A stretch of DNA of 64,000 bases from Oligoflexales bacterium (GTDB lineage Bacteria > Bdellovibrionota_B > Oligoflexia > Oligoflexales > JAPPIL01), in contig OZ245333.1 of assembly GCA_965226195.1 (NCBI GenBank), positions 2,344,275 through 2,408,274 on the forward strand, in the 5' to 3' direction. The notes beneath the pieces are model-generated. The model saw only the letters and a program-made list of their open reading frames with translations. It was not told where the DNA came from and searched no databases. Shown one piece after another: positions 19,489-29,886 of the stretch. How positions within the stretch are numbered: position 1 is the first letter of the stretch; every line of letters starts with the position of its first letter. A program made the translations under genes and the position numbers.

Positions 19489-19805
19489 GGCTTTGTTGCA
19501 TAAGTTCCGTTGATTATAACATGCTGTTATCATAGCACTTTTATGTGGGGAGCGTTCCCCTCCCCTGCGTGTTCGCAGACTTCTCGTTTGGGTCAGGCGC
19601 AATCATCCTGCTGCACCATGTCTCATGCTAAAGCATTCGCGTGAAATGGTTTGCAGGTCTGCTTGCACCTGACCATTGTCAACTTCTGTGGACACTATGG
19701 GCTTGTGCGTGGTGCAGGCATTACCTTTGCAACACCTATAAAATTCTTACTGCTATAAGGGTTATAGGATATAAACATGCCTGCCCTGAGTTATGCAACA
19801 AAGTC
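19489..19805. mobile_element. MITE-like non-autonomous element, copy A (317 bp) with about 15-bp terminal inverted repeats and a 9-bp target-site duplication
   Basis: Ends are GGCTTTGTTGCATAAG... and ...AGTTATGCAACAAAGTC. It is flanked on both sides by AGTGCACCC (19480-19488 and 19806-19814). The interior is rich in nested inverted repeats. An inverted second copy lies at 57681-58029. Confidence 0.75.
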
Positions 19806-19951
19806 AGTGCACCCTGAACGAAATATAAAATTACAAAATATCAAATAGTTAAAATCAAACTCTAGGCACAGAGAATGGGAAAAACGGGTGGGGTTTGGTA
19901 TGATTAATGATGGCATCAGGAAGGTACAAAATTAATCGGTGGAGATGGGCT

Positions 19952-21766
19952 ATGATAACGAGGTGTTGGTCTTTTTTTGCATTATTTATCATTTTGTTGA
20001 TGTCTGGAGGGTGTAGCAAACACGAAGCAGAGCCGGTTGTTATTGATAGCATCACCACTGGTGGTGGGGTGTGTTCATTACTTTGCGACCCCGTGGAGGT
20101 GTCGCAAGCCTTTGTTTCAGAGTGGAAGGTTGATGCTGGCGATACTATTTTTCTACCCTTGCTGGAAAAAACAGCCGACATGGAAGATAGAGATAAACCT
20201 TATCCTCACACAATAACTCTCCCCGCGGGTGTAAAGAGAGTTAATTACAAATATGATTTTACCGTTGACTGGGGCGACGGTTCAACATCGAAAATCACTG
20301 CTTTTGATGACCCTGATAACAAGCATACCTACCAAAAGGCTGGTACCTATACCGTCCAGATCACAGGTGTGATGGAAGCTATGCGTGGCCACTTACACGA
20401 TGATGAGATAGATATCTCCAATAAAATGATCGCTGTTTCCGATCTCGGTGATGTTGGTTGGAAAGCTTTGTTCTATACCTTCTCCGAATCCTTCAACCTC
20501 AATGCTGTTGCTGGCGGTGATACCTCAGAGGTCGAGGTTATGGCTGGGGTGTTCTATGAAGCTACCCTTCTCAAGCCTGATATTAGCAGTTGGGACACCT
20601 CAAAGGTGGTCAGCATGACGGAGCTTTTTTCTAGGGCTTACTCGGCCAACCCTGATGTCAGCAAGTGGGATACCTCTAATGTCACCGACATGGCTGGTAT
20701 GTTCAGGAACGCAATCTCAGCCGACCCCGATGTTAGCAGGTGGAACACCACCAGTGTTACCGATATGAGCAGCATGTTTGCAACTGCAATATCGGCCAAT
20801 CCCGATGTCAGTAAGTGGGATACTGCTAATGTCACTGATATGAGTGGTATGTTCATGTTGTCCGAGTCGGCCAATCCCGATGTCAGTAAGTGGGATACCG
20901 CCAACGTTACACACATGAGTGGTATGTTCATGTACGCAAGTTCTGCTAACCCTGATGTTAGCAAGTGGAATACTGCCAATGTCACCGACATGTGGGGCAT
21001 GTTCGGGTATGCAATTTCAGCCGATCCCGACGTTAGCAAGTGGAACACCTCCAAAATCAACTATATGTCTAGGATGTTTGAGGGAGCGGTTTCTGCCAAT
21101 CCCGATGTCAGTAAATGGGATATCGCTAACGTTACACACATGAGCGGTATGTTCAAGCAGGCAAAGAAAGCTCAGCCGGATATGTCCAACTGGAGTTTTG
21201 CAAAAGTTGAAAGCATGGATGAGATGTTTGCAGGTCATACGCTAAATCCTGCCAACTATGCAAATTTTCTGCAACGCCTCAGAGCTACGGCAACTACTAC
21301 TGAGAAGATAACCCTCGATGCCGGAAAGTCAGATACAGACAACAGCGATGCTATCGCTGCCAAGGCCTATCTCACAGGTGCAGCACCGCAAGGGAAAGGC
21401 TGGGTTATACATGATAACGATAACCTTGCTCCTTCTATCTGGGAAATAAAAATGGATGTGCTAATACGAGAATCTTCAGAGGGGGTGTTTGGTGTCACTG
21501 TGAAAGTAGAGGATGCTTGGGGTAATACGCCAGTCGGAAATGTAAAGGTAGCAGTTGCTCTTGATGGTGGTGATTTTTTGCAAGGCACTACGAGTATTGA
21601 TACCAATAGTGGTATCGCAGTGTTTAGTAATTTAAGACCAAAGTTGCCAGCTAGTATTTCCTTATCTGCGCCTGTAAAAATACCATGGAAGCTAGAGGTA
21701 TCAGCAACTCTTCCTGATGATAGTCGAATAAACTCCACTGCTGCAGTCTTGTTAACGTTTAAGTGA
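19952..21766 (+). CDS. BspA/DUF285-type repeat surface lipoprotein with C-terminal Ig-like region
   Basis: Start placed at MITRCWSFFALFIILLMSGGC (lipobox). Nine repeats of about 25 residues of the type NPDVSKWDTSNVTDMSGMF(x)A(x)SA. The C-terminal beta-rich segment (VFGVTVKVEDAWGNTPVGNVKVAVALDGG) is Big-like. Confidence 0.8.
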   Translation: MITRCWSFFALFIILLMSGGCSKHEAEPVVIDSITTGGGVCSLLCDPVEVSQAFVSEWKVDAGDTIFLPLLEKTADMEDRDKPYPHTITLPAGVKRVNYKYDFTVDWGDGSTSKITAFDDPDNKHTYQKAGTYTVQITGVMEAMRGHLHDDEIDISNKMIAVSDLGDVGWKALFYTFSESFNLNAVAGGDTSEVEVMAGVFYEATLLKPDISSWDTSKVVSMTELFSRAYSANPDVSKWDTSNVTDMAGMFRNAISADPDVSRWNTTSVTDMSSMFATAISANPDVSKWDTANVTDMSGMFMLSESANPDVSKWDTANVTHMSGMFMYASSANPDVSKWNTANVTDMWGMFGYAISADPDVSKWNTSKINYMSRMFEGAVSANPDVSKWDIANVTHMSGMFKQAKKAQPDMSNWSFAKVESMDEMFAGHTLNPANYANFLQRLRATATTTEKITLDAGKSDTDNSDAIAAKAYLTGAAPQGKGWVIHDNDNLAPSIWEIKMDVLIRESSEGVFGVTVKVEDAWGNTPVGNVKVAVALDGGDFLQGTTSIDTNSGIAVFSNLRPKLPASISLSAPVKIPWKLEVSATLPDDSRINSTAAVLLTFK

Positions 21767-21775
21767 TCCTATCAC

Positions 21776-23983
21776 CTACCCCCGTCTGAACTTGTGCCAG
21801 CGCTCAAGATAAGCAAGTGCATGTTCGGGAGCATGGGCTTTCTTCCAGTTGCCAGCAAGATACTTGTTGGCTTCAGCAAAGGTAGGGTAGATGTGAATCG
21901 TGCCGAGAATTTTGTTCAAGCCAATGCCGTGCTTCATGGCACTGACAAACTCAGTAATCAACTCGCCTGCCCGTGCGCCAACAATAGTCGCACCGAGCAC
22001 CTTGTCCTTCTTGGGCACAGTTAGCACCTTGACAAAGCCACGATCATCGCTGTCGGCAATAGCACGATCAAGATCATCAATCCCATACGTTGTCACCTCA
22101 TGCGCAATGCCAAGTCGCTCCGCCTCAGCAACACTAAGGCCAACATGTGCTACCTCTGGATCGGTAAAAGTACACCAAGGTACCACACGGTAATCAACCT
22201 TAAAGCTCACGGGCGCAAACAACGCATTGACCGCACAATACCACGCCTGATGCGCAGCCATGTGTGTAAACTGATACGGCCCCACAACATCACCACAAGC
22301 ATAGATGTTGGGATAATTAGTCTGCAAAAACTCATTGACATGCAACGTGCCACGCCCAGTCAACTCAAACTGCATCTTCTCACCGCAAAAGCCAGTCACT
22401 GTTGCCCTACGCCCCAACGCCAGCAATACCACGTCAAATTTTATTTTTTTCTCATGCTCGCCTGACTCTTTGCCGCTTTCTTGCTTCCCGTGCTGGCAGA
22501 GCACAAAACTCTCGCTGCCATCCTTACCAAAACTTAAGGCTCGATGCTCCGTCAACACCTCAATGCCCTCATCACGGAACACCTGCATCATAAAGTCAGA
22601 TACATCCACGTCCTCACGCGGCAACAGCCGTGCCCCCTGCTCCAACTGCACCACCTGCACACCAAGCCGAGCAAAAGACTGCGCCAACTCACAACCAATC
22701 GGCCCACCCCCCAACACCAACAGGCGCTGTGGCCTCTCCCGCAACTGCCAAATTGTCTCAGCCGTGTAGTAAGTCACCTGCTCAAGTCCCGGCAACTTAG
22801 GCACAAACGGAGTCGCCCCACTAGCTATAATAATATTACGCGTTGTGACCGTCCGCCCACTCGCTTCACTCGTGGGGTCTATTTGCCGCTTTCTCGCTCC
22901 CCTAACCTGCACCGCATACGGCGAGATAATCGTTGCCTCACCCTGCTCACAATCAACGCCAAGACCACGGTACCTCTCAACCGAATCATGCGGCTCAACC
23001 TTAGCAATCACCTGCTGCACCCGCTCCATCACCTCACTAAAGCGATACGACAACTCGATCTTATCAAAACCATATTGCCGTGCCTTGCGTTCTAAAGCAG
23101 CAATCTGTGCCGACTTAAGCAATGCCTTGCTCGGCACACAACCTGTGTTGAGGCAATCACCACCCATCTTATGTTTCTCAATCAACAGTGTCTTTGCCTT
23201 CACCGTTGACCCAATGTAAGAGCTGACCAATCCCGCGGCACCCGCACCAATAACAACAAGGTTGTAATCATACTGTCGCGGCCGCGTAAAATTACGATAA
23301 ACACGCCGCGCCTTGAACATATCTATTACCCTCTTCGCCAACAAAGGAAAAATACCAAGCAAAGCAAACGACAACAACAACCTCCACGACAAAATATCCG
23401 CAGGCGATTGCAATTGGCTCAACTGTGCTCCCGCATTTACATAAAGTACCGTGCCGAGTAGCATTGCCACCTGACTAACGAGAAAGAAGTGCCATGTCTT
23501 GATCTTGGTCAAGCCCATCACCATGTTAATCATGAAAAACGGGAAGATAGGCACTAGCCTCAACGTGAATAAATAAAACACGCCGTTTTTTTCCATGCCC
23601 GCGTTGATCGTCTGCAACTTCGCGGCAAATTTATTTTGCACAAAATCTTGCAAAATGAAACGCGCGGCCAAAAAAGCCAACGTTGCCCCAATCGTCGAGG
23701 CAAACGAAACAATTATTGTGCCATATACCGCCCCGAAAATCGCCCCGCCTGCGATTGTCATCACCAACGCACCGGGCAACGACAACGCAGTAACTAACAC
23801 ATAGATGAAGAAATAAACCAACGCCGTCAACAACGTATGCTGTGCGTAATACTCCCTAAATTCAAGATGCCGTGCCTTCAGATAAGCAAAATTTAAAAAC
23901 TGCTGCAAATCAAAAACAAAAAAAGCAACGATTGCTGCGCCAAGCACAAACAATAACAGCCATTTAAGATAAGTTTTGTTCAC
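21776..23983 (-). CDS. Fusion protein: DedA/TVP38-type membrane domain + pyridine nucleotide-disulfide oxidoreductase (mercuric reductase / dihydrolipoamide dehydrogenase-like)
   Basis: 735 aa. N-terminal polytopic region of about 220 aa. Then VVIGAGAAGL (FAD), the redox-active GGDCLNTGCVPSK, GGGPIGCELA (NAD) and the C-terminal dimerisation motif TIHIYPTFAE. Confidence 0.85.
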   Translation of the reverse strand: MNKTYLKWLLLFVLGAAIVAFFVFDLQQFLNFAYLKARHLEFREYYAQHTLLTALVYFFIYVLVTALSLPGALVMTIAGGAIFGAVYGTIIVSFASTIGATLAFLAARFILQDFVQNKFAAKLQTINAGMEKNGVFYLFTLRLVPIFPFFMINMVMGLTKIKTWHFFLVSQVAMLLGTVLYVNAGAQLSQLQSPADILSWRLLLSFALLGIFPLLAKRVIDMFKARRVYRNFTRPRQYDYNLVVIGAGAAGLVSSYIGSTVKAKTLLIEKHKMGGDCLNTGCVPSKALLKSAQIAALERKARQYGFDKIELSYRFSEVMERVQQVIAKVEPHDSVERYRGLGVDCEQGEATIISPYAVQVRGARKRQIDPTSEASGRTVTTRNIIIASGATPFVPKLPGLEQVTYYTAETIWQLRERPQRLLVLGGGPIGCELAQSFARLGVQVVQLEQGARLLPREDVDVSDFMMQVFRDEGIEVLTEHRALSFGKDGSESFVLCQHGKQESGKESGEHEKKIKFDVVLLALGRRATVTGFCGEKMQFELTGRGTLHVNEFLQTNYPNIYACGDVVGPYQFTHMAAHQAWYCAVNALFAPVSFKVDYRVVPWCTFTDPEVAHVGLSVAEAERLGIAHEVTTYGIDDLDRAIADSDDRGFVKVLTVPKKDKVLGATIVGARAGELITEFVSAMKHGIGLNKILGTIHIYPTFAEANKYLAGNWKKAHAPEHALAYLERWHKFRRG

Positions 23984-24000
23984 AAAAAATTACTCTTATC

Positions 24001-25179
24001 TCAAGTCAGCAAGTATTTTTTTATATCTGGATTGCTGAATCGCCAAACTACATTGTCGATAAAATAGTGATGGATGTTGATAAAAATGTGAGAGGCGGCT
24101 GTAAAATACCAAACGTTCATTATACCAATAGTGTTAAGACTGAGATCAAGACGTTCTGGCACGAAATTAAAGCTTAGCCAGCCAGTAATGATCAACAGAA
24201 TAATAATGGCAGCACTGCGGAGATTGCGCTTCACCTGGCCGTAGTGCGCTGGCGTTTGCCGCGTTTCAAAACGATAGACAAATGGCAAATACTGCAATGA
24301 GTGGAAAAACGGCACCGCGGTCATATAAAAAAAGGGTTGATTGAACGGCGGCAACCACCAGATGACCAACGACACGTAGGGAATAAGAAAGTTGGCTGAA
24401 GGCAGTCTCCCGTGTGCGCGGTAGTTCTTAAAAATAATGAAATAAAATAGCGCGACAAGGGTCACCGCAAACGAACCATAGCCAAAGTACGTGCCATAAG
24501 AGGTGAAATCTAGCGGGTACTGACTGATGCCATAGAAATTACTCGAAGTGTAACCGCGGTGATAAGCAAAATAATTGGCAAACCAGACACTGAACAAACT
24601 CCACTTAACGAAGCGGCGTTGCCAGAGGTCAAGACGATAGCCATCATAATAGCTGTATACCATCATACAGCCGTAGGCTTGCTTGCTGTAGTGCCAACCA
24701 ACGGTGAGATACAGCAATACCAACAGCACTGACATGCTCTCTGTGCCGTGCCTGTTGGATAAGGCTTGAAACGATGTATCGATGCCGACGATACTCAGCG
24801 ACTCATTGAGCAACTGTGTCCAAAATGCAGGCAGGTCCGCGTAGAAAAAAGCATGCACGATCAACCCAATTAACAACAACGGCACGAGCAGAAGCTGAAA
24901 CCAATTGCGGAAAATAAAGCGCAATCCCATGCCGTAAGCGAGCTTATAGGAGGCCATAAAGTGTGGATAATTGACTAGCAAGAAGCAAGTGACAAAGAAG
25001 CCAGCAGCGTTGTCGAGGTAAGTGTTTACCGTTGAGGATGACTCACGAAAAGGAGTCAATAACATTAGCAGTGTCCAGAGAACGAGGCTTGCACCGCCTA
25101 GAAGCCAGAAATCAATGTAACGGCTGGTAATTGCTTGCGGCCGTGCTGCTTGTTGTGTATCACTTGCCGCTGTTGTCAT
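24001..25179 (-). CDS. Polytopic integral membrane protein, unknown function
   Basis: 392 aa, about 10 hydrophobic helices. Conserved-looking His motifs (NYPHFMASYKLAY, FHSLQYLPF, NIHHYFIDNVVWRF). No family recognised. Confidence 0.55.
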   Translation of the reverse strand: MTTAASDTQQAARPQAITSRYIDFWLLGGASLVLWTLLMLLTPFRESSSTVNTYLDNAAGFFVTCFLLVNYPHFMASYKLAYGMGLRFIFRNWFQLLLVPLLLIGLIVHAFFYADLPAFWTQLLNESLSIVGIDTSFQALSNRHGTESMSVLLVLLYLTVGWHYSKQAYGCMMVYSYYDGYRLDLWQRRFVKWSLFSVWFANYFAYHRGYTSSNFYGISQYPLDFTSYGTYFGYGSFAVTLVALFYFIIFKNYRAHGRLPSANFLIPYVSLVIWWLPPFNQPFFYMTAVPFFHSLQYLPFVYRFETRQTPAHYGQVKRNLRSAAIIILLIITGWLSFNFVPERLDLSLNTIGIMNVWYFTAASHIFINIHHYFIDNVVWRFSNPDIKKYLLT

Positions 25180-25243
25180 TAGTTGTCAACTCGTGACAAT
25201 TTACTGTTCAGTTTAGGGTCGATATCTGTTACCATAGTATATC

Positions 25244-26764
25244 ATGACAAGTGGCCTGACAATCCCATTAATTTTATTTTTTTGCCTCGTTTGTGGCTGC
25301 ACTATTTTTGCGCAAGGCGTTCCCACACCAGAAGCATCTCTCAAGGAAGGCTTACAGCTCACCTTGCCGCTGATTTTGAAGGGAGTGCTCAATACTGCAC
25401 AATTTAAAAAATTGCAGCTCGAACTGCTGGTCAAGGACAATGCCCGGGAACGTGTCGCGGCACAGCTTGATGCACAAGTCGGAACGAATGTCTCGTTGTT
25501 GAGCAGTCACGCTCAGACTGCGGCGGGGCCGTTTGGTATTGACAACTCGCAGCGTTATCAGCTCAAGCTTTTTCATAACAAGTTGCTCAAGACAGGCACG
25601 TCACTGAGCAGCGAGTGGCTGCTAGAACATCAAGCAACTAAGTTTAGTAGTGAACAGTTACCTGATAGCAACAACTACCAGTCGCAACTTGCTTTCACCG
25701 TCAAGCAGAGTTTGGGACGCAACCGTTTTGGCAAGGCTTTTGCCGCACAGCTGGAAGCAGCACGCACACAGGCACAGGCGACCGAGCATCAGGTAGAGGC
25801 AAAGATGGAGGAGATGCTGTTTGGCATTGTACAGGTTTACTACAGAGCCTGGTTGTTGCGGGAGCAGCTCAGTGCCGCACAACGTTATCTTGCCATGCAG
25901 TGGCGTTTGCACAAGGTCACAATGGCAAAGCACGAGCTAGGCACGGCCGAGACCACCGACCTGCTGCAGAGCAAGAATGCACTGGCCGCGGCACGGCAAC
26001 GCGTGCGTGATACCGAAAAGATGCTGAAGGACATCTGGTATCAGCTTGTCATTCCGCTGCATTTGCCTAGTGCCTATCTCAACATCGAGATGGCGAAGCT
26101 AACGCTTGCTCTTGAGCGTGATATTGACTTTACTACCGCTGCTTGCAAGGATTGGCAGGTGCGCAGCTACAAAAACTTGAGTTCAGCGCAGTTGGATTTT
26201 TTACATGCCACACAAGATGCCATGCGTCAGTATTTGGCAGTGCAGAAGGATAAATTGCAACCAGATATTTTCGTGTCGTTGCGTTTGGCCAACAACGGGC
26301 TGGATGAGTCTTTTGTCAAAAGTTTCAACAACAGTTTTATTTCTGCCAACCTAGCACTCTCGCTCAACGCGGGCATTGCTATGACACTTGGCAATCATGC
26401 AGCACTAGCTGACCTTAAGGACACTTTGCAGCAGCAGCACATGACTGAGTTGAGCATTGAGCAGGCGAAAGACAGCTTGCGTCTTACGGCTCTGACTGTA
26501 TGTGAGCGGGTACAACGCTTATTTACGAAGGAGAAGATCATGCGGCGTGTGTTGTATAACAACAAGGAACGTGTTGCCTTGCTGGAGGAACGTTTTAATC
26601 TTGGACAGGTTGATGTCCTGAGTGTCATTCAGGCGGGAGGGAGTGTGGTTGACACTGAAATGCAACTGCAAGAGATGGTGCAAGATATGGTCATTAGTGA
26701 GTGGAAAATTCGCAGAAGTGCGGGTAATTTTATGGATTATTTGAAAAATATGATTAAAAAATGA
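25244..26764 (+). CDS. TolC-family outer-membrane efflux protein
   Basis: 506 aa. Signal peptide MTSGLTIPLILFFCLVCGCTIFAQG. Long heptad-rich helical halves typical of outer-membrane factor proteins. The stop overlaps the RND start (ATGA). Confidence 0.65.
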   Translation: MTSGLTIPLILFFCLVCGCTIFAQGVPTPEASLKEGLQLTLPLILKGVLNTAQFKKLQLELLVKDNARERVAAQLDAQVGTNVSLLSSHAQTAAGPFGIDNSQRYQLKLFHNKLLKTGTSLSSEWLLEHQATKFSSEQLPDSNNYQSQLAFTVKQSLGRNRFGKAFAAQLEAARTQAQATEHQVEAKMEEMLFGIVQVYYRAWLLREQLSAAQRYLAMQWRLHKVTMAKHELGTAETTDLLQSKNALAAARQRVRDTEKMLKDIWYQLVIPLHLPSAYLNIEMAKLTLALERDIDFTTAACKDWQVRSYKNLSSAQLDFLHATQDAMRQYLAVQKDKLQPDIFVSLRLANNGLDESFVKSFNNSFISANLALSLNAGIAMTLGNHAALADLKDTLQQQHMTELSIEQAKDSLRLTALTVCERVQRLFTKEKIMRRVLYNNKERVALLEERFNLGQVDVLSVIQAGGSVVDTEMQLQEMVQDMVISEWKIRRSAGNFMDYLKNMIKK

Positions 26765-29700
26765 ACAAACTAATAGAATATTTTGTTAATCAGGGTGCGT
26801 TCGTCAACATTGTCACGGTGATGGTTTTTTTGGCGGGGGTGTGGTCACTATTCAACATCAATCGCGAAGTTTTTCCCAACATTCAGTTTGATGTTATCAC
26901 AGTAACAACTGCTTATCCCGGTGGTGCGGCGGAGTCTCTTGAGCGCTTGGTGACTAATCCGCTGGAGCAGGCTTTGCGTGAGGTCGATGGTATCAAGAAA
27001 ATGACCTCGTATTCGGTCGAGGGGCAGAGTGTCATCGCCTTGCAGCTTGACTCTGACCAGACGACAGCCAACAAAGCAAAGGTAGACATCGACGATGTGA
27101 TCAGCAATGTAACTACATTGCCTGAGGGAGCGAAAGACCCGAAGGTGACGATTATGGAAAGCAAACGCCGTCCTGTTATCGATGTCTCGTTAAGTGGTGA
27201 TGTTGACGAAGCCAAGCTACGCAAGACGGCAAAATTTTTGGAGCGAGAGTTTGAAAAAATCAGCGAGGTAGCACAGGTTGATTTCAGTGGCATGCGTGAC
27301 CTTGAGATAAGGATTGAGGCACATGTTGACAAACTGAAAAAATTCCGCATTTCTTTGCCAGAGCTTATTAATGCCATACAGAAGAACAACATTAACATTC
27401 CCGGTGGTGTGTCAGCTGCTAATGCGGAGCGCAGCAAAGAAATAATTATTCGCACCATCGGTGAATATCAAGGTGTTGAAGATGTTGAAAACACAGTTAT
27501 CCGCGCTAATTCGTTGGGGCGCAGTATTAGGGTAAAGGATATCTGCACAGTAACGATGACTTTTGCCAAAGAAAAGTATCGGTATAGAACCAACGGCTCG
27601 CGTTCGTTGAATCTCAAGGTGTTGCGCAAGGTGAACAGTGATGCGATCAACTTGGTCAATAAGGTGCGGCAGACTATTGACGAGCAGCAGAGTAGACTTG
27701 ATCCTGCTATCAAGGTAAGTTTTATCAATGATGTTTCTTATTATGTCAAGCGGCGCTTGCATGTCTTAACCAACAATATGCTCATCGGTCTTGTGTTGGT
27801 ATTAATAATTCTTGCTTTCATTTTACCATTGCCGATCGCATTGGTGACGGTGTTTGGTATTCCATTTGCTTTTTTGGCGGTGGTGGCTATTTTTCATTTT
27901 GGCAACATTAGTTTAAACCTCGTCTCGATGATGGGCTTGATTATAGTTGTCGGAATGTTGGTCGATGATGCCATTGTCATTACCGAGAATGCGCAGCGTT
28001 TTATTGAAGACGGTCTCGATCCACATGAGGCAGCGATTAAGGGCACGCAGCGAATTTGGGCACCGGTGACGGCTTCGGTGATGACGACGGTCATTGTTTT
28101 TGCCCCGATGATGTTTATGACGGGAATTTTTGGCAAGTTCATCTACTTTATTCCGTTGGCAGTAGTTATCTCGCTGTTGGTGAGTTTGTGGGAATGTTTT
28201 TTTATTCTTCCACATCACATCGCCAGTTGGGTAAAAACTAACAAACTACGCAACGGCAAGTCATTTTTTAACGAAAAAATTTGGCAACCGCTGGTGGCTC
28301 GCCCCTACATGTATGTGCTTAACGGGATTTTGAAACTGCGCTATCTGGTAATTTTATTAGCACTGGGTTTATTTGGTGGCATGGTTTATCTGGCGAAGGA
28401 GCATGTTGGTTTTGTGTTGTTTCCGCCGGGCAGTGTCTACATGTTTTCGATTAGTTTACAGGCAGAGACGGGTGTTTCTTTAGATGAGACAGCGCGGTTG
28501 TTGCGTCCTTATGAGGAGTACCTTGCCTCTTTGCCTGACACTGAAGTGGAAGATTTTATCAGCATTATTGGCAAGCAGGGATTGGGAAACCCGCGTAGTA
28601 TGAAGCGTGGGGCTGAGTACGCACAGATCATGGTTTATTTGACTGATGCTTTGACGCGTGAGCGTGACACGCTGAATATTATTGAGGATATGCGCAGCAG
28701 CGTTAAGCAGCCGGAGGGGTTAGAGGTCGTTAGTTTCAAGCAGATTTCTGGGGGGCCACCCGTTGGCAAGGCGGTCAGTATAAGTGTGCGGGGTGATGAG
28801 TATGTGAAGATTTTGCCTGCAGTGCAGCAATTAGAGGATGAGCTGCGAGCAGTTAAGGGCGTGACTGATGTGGAGAACAGTCATGTGACGGGCAAGGAGG
28901 AGATTCAGGTACGGGTCAAGCAAGAGGCTGCGGCAGCAGCATTGTTATCGTTGCAGGACATTGGCATTGCCGTGCGAGCGGCGTTTGAGGGTATCGTGGC
29001 GACGGCAATCAGGAATCTTGATGAGGAGATTGATTTGCGGGTCACGTTACATCGAGAGCAGCAGCATGGGGTGCAGGCGTTAGCAGATATTGAAATACCT
29101 AATCGTCGCGGGCAGCTTATCCCATTACCAAAGACGGCAGAATGGACAACCACGAGTGGCATATCGGTATATGAGCATGAGGATAATCAGCGTCAGGTGA
29201 CGGTGATGGCTGAGATTGACAGCAGGGTGACTGATTCGCTCAAAGTCAACAAGTTGATGCGGAAGAAGACCAAAGCGATAGCTGATCAACATCCAGAATT
29301 GTCTTTTCACTTTGGTGGTGAGGATCGCGACACGAAGGAGAGCATGGAATCGCTCAAGACGACTTTTATTTTTGCGTTGTTGGGCATTATTTTTCTGCTT
29401 ACGTTACTGTTCAAAAACTTATATCAGCCCTTCATTATTGCCACGACTATTCCGCTGGGAATTTTGGCAACGATTTTTACTTTCTATGTGCATGGCATGA
29501 CGCTAAGTTTTCTGGCAATGATTGGTATCATTGCTTTAGCAGGTGTGGTAGTTAACAATGCCATTGTGTTTGTCGATTTCATCAACGGAGCACGGCAACG
29601 TGGTTTAGAGAAGGTGGAGTCAATCAAAGATGCAGCGCAGCGGCGGTTGCGTCCGATTTTTTTGACAACGATCACAACATCGGCGGGAATTTTGCCAACG

Positions 29701-29886
29701 GCATATGGTTTTGGCGGTCTTGATCCATTTGTTGTGCCTATTGCGTTAGCATTGGGTTGGGGTATTCTTGGCGGTGCGTTATTGACGGTGTTGGTGTTGC
29801 CCGCGGTGGTGAGAGTTAGTGATGATGTCGCCAGTATTTTCTGGAAAATTTTTAGACGAAGAGGAGTTAGTAATGCGAGTGTCTAA
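26761..29886 (+). CDS. RND efflux transporter, AcrB/CzcA family
   Basis: 1041 aa. 12-TM / two-large-loop layout. TM4 motif GLIIVVGMLVDDAIVITEN and the pseudo-repeat GIIALAGVVVNNAIVFVD. Confidence 0.9.
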   Translation: MNKLIEYFVNQGAFVNIVTVMVFLAGVWSLFNINREVFPNIQFDVITVTTAYPGGAAESLERLVTNPLEQALREVDGIKKMTSYSVEGQSVIALQLDSDQTTANKAKVDIDDVISNVTTLPEGAKDPKVTIMESKRRPVIDVSLSGDVDEAKLRKTAKFLEREFEKISEVAQVDFSGMRDLEIRIEAHVDKLKKFRISLPELINAIQKNNINIPGGVSAANAERSKEIIIRTIGEYQGVEDVENTVIRANSLGRSIRVKDICTVTMTFAKEKYRYRTNGSRSLNLKVLRKVNSDAINLVNKVRQTIDEQQSRLDPAIKVSFINDVSYYVKRRLHVLTNNMLIGLVLVLIILAFILPLPIALVTVFGIPFAFLAVVAIFHFGNISLNLVSMMGLIIVVGMLVDDAIVITENAQRFIEDGLDPHEAAIKGTQRIWAPVTASVMTTVIVFAPMMFMTGIFGKFIYFIPLAVVISLLVSLWECFFILPHHIASWVKTNKLRNGKSFFNEKIWQPLVARPYMYVLNGILKLRYLVILLALGLFGGMVYLAKEHVGFVLFPPGSVYMFSISLQAETGVSLDETARLLRPYEEYLASLPDTEVEDFISIIGKQGLGNPRSMKRGAEYAQIMVYLTDALTRERDTLNIIEDMRSSVKQPEGLEVVSFKQISGGPPVGKAVSISVRGDEYVKILPAVQQLEDELRAVKGVTDVENSHVTGKEEIQVRVKQEAAAAALLSLQDIGIAVRAAFEGIVATAIRNLDEEIDLRVTLHREQQHGVQALADIEIPNRRGQLIPLPKTAEWTTTSGISVYEHEDNQRQVTVMAEIDSRVTDSLKVNKLMRKKTKAIADQHPELSFHFGGEDRDTKESMESLKTTFIFALLGIIFLLTLLFKNLYQPFIIATTIPLGILATIFTFYVHGMTLSFLAMIGIIALAGVVVNNAIVFVDFINGARQRGLEKVESIKDAAQRRLRPIFLTTITTSAGILPTAYGFGGLDPFVVPIALALGWGILGGALLTVLVLPAVVRVSDDVASIFWKIFRRRGVSNASV

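Noticed and set aside
19420-19602. 60-aa ORF inside the MITE-like element
   Set aside because: It has no SD and starts outside the element. The corresponding frame is not preserved in the second copy.
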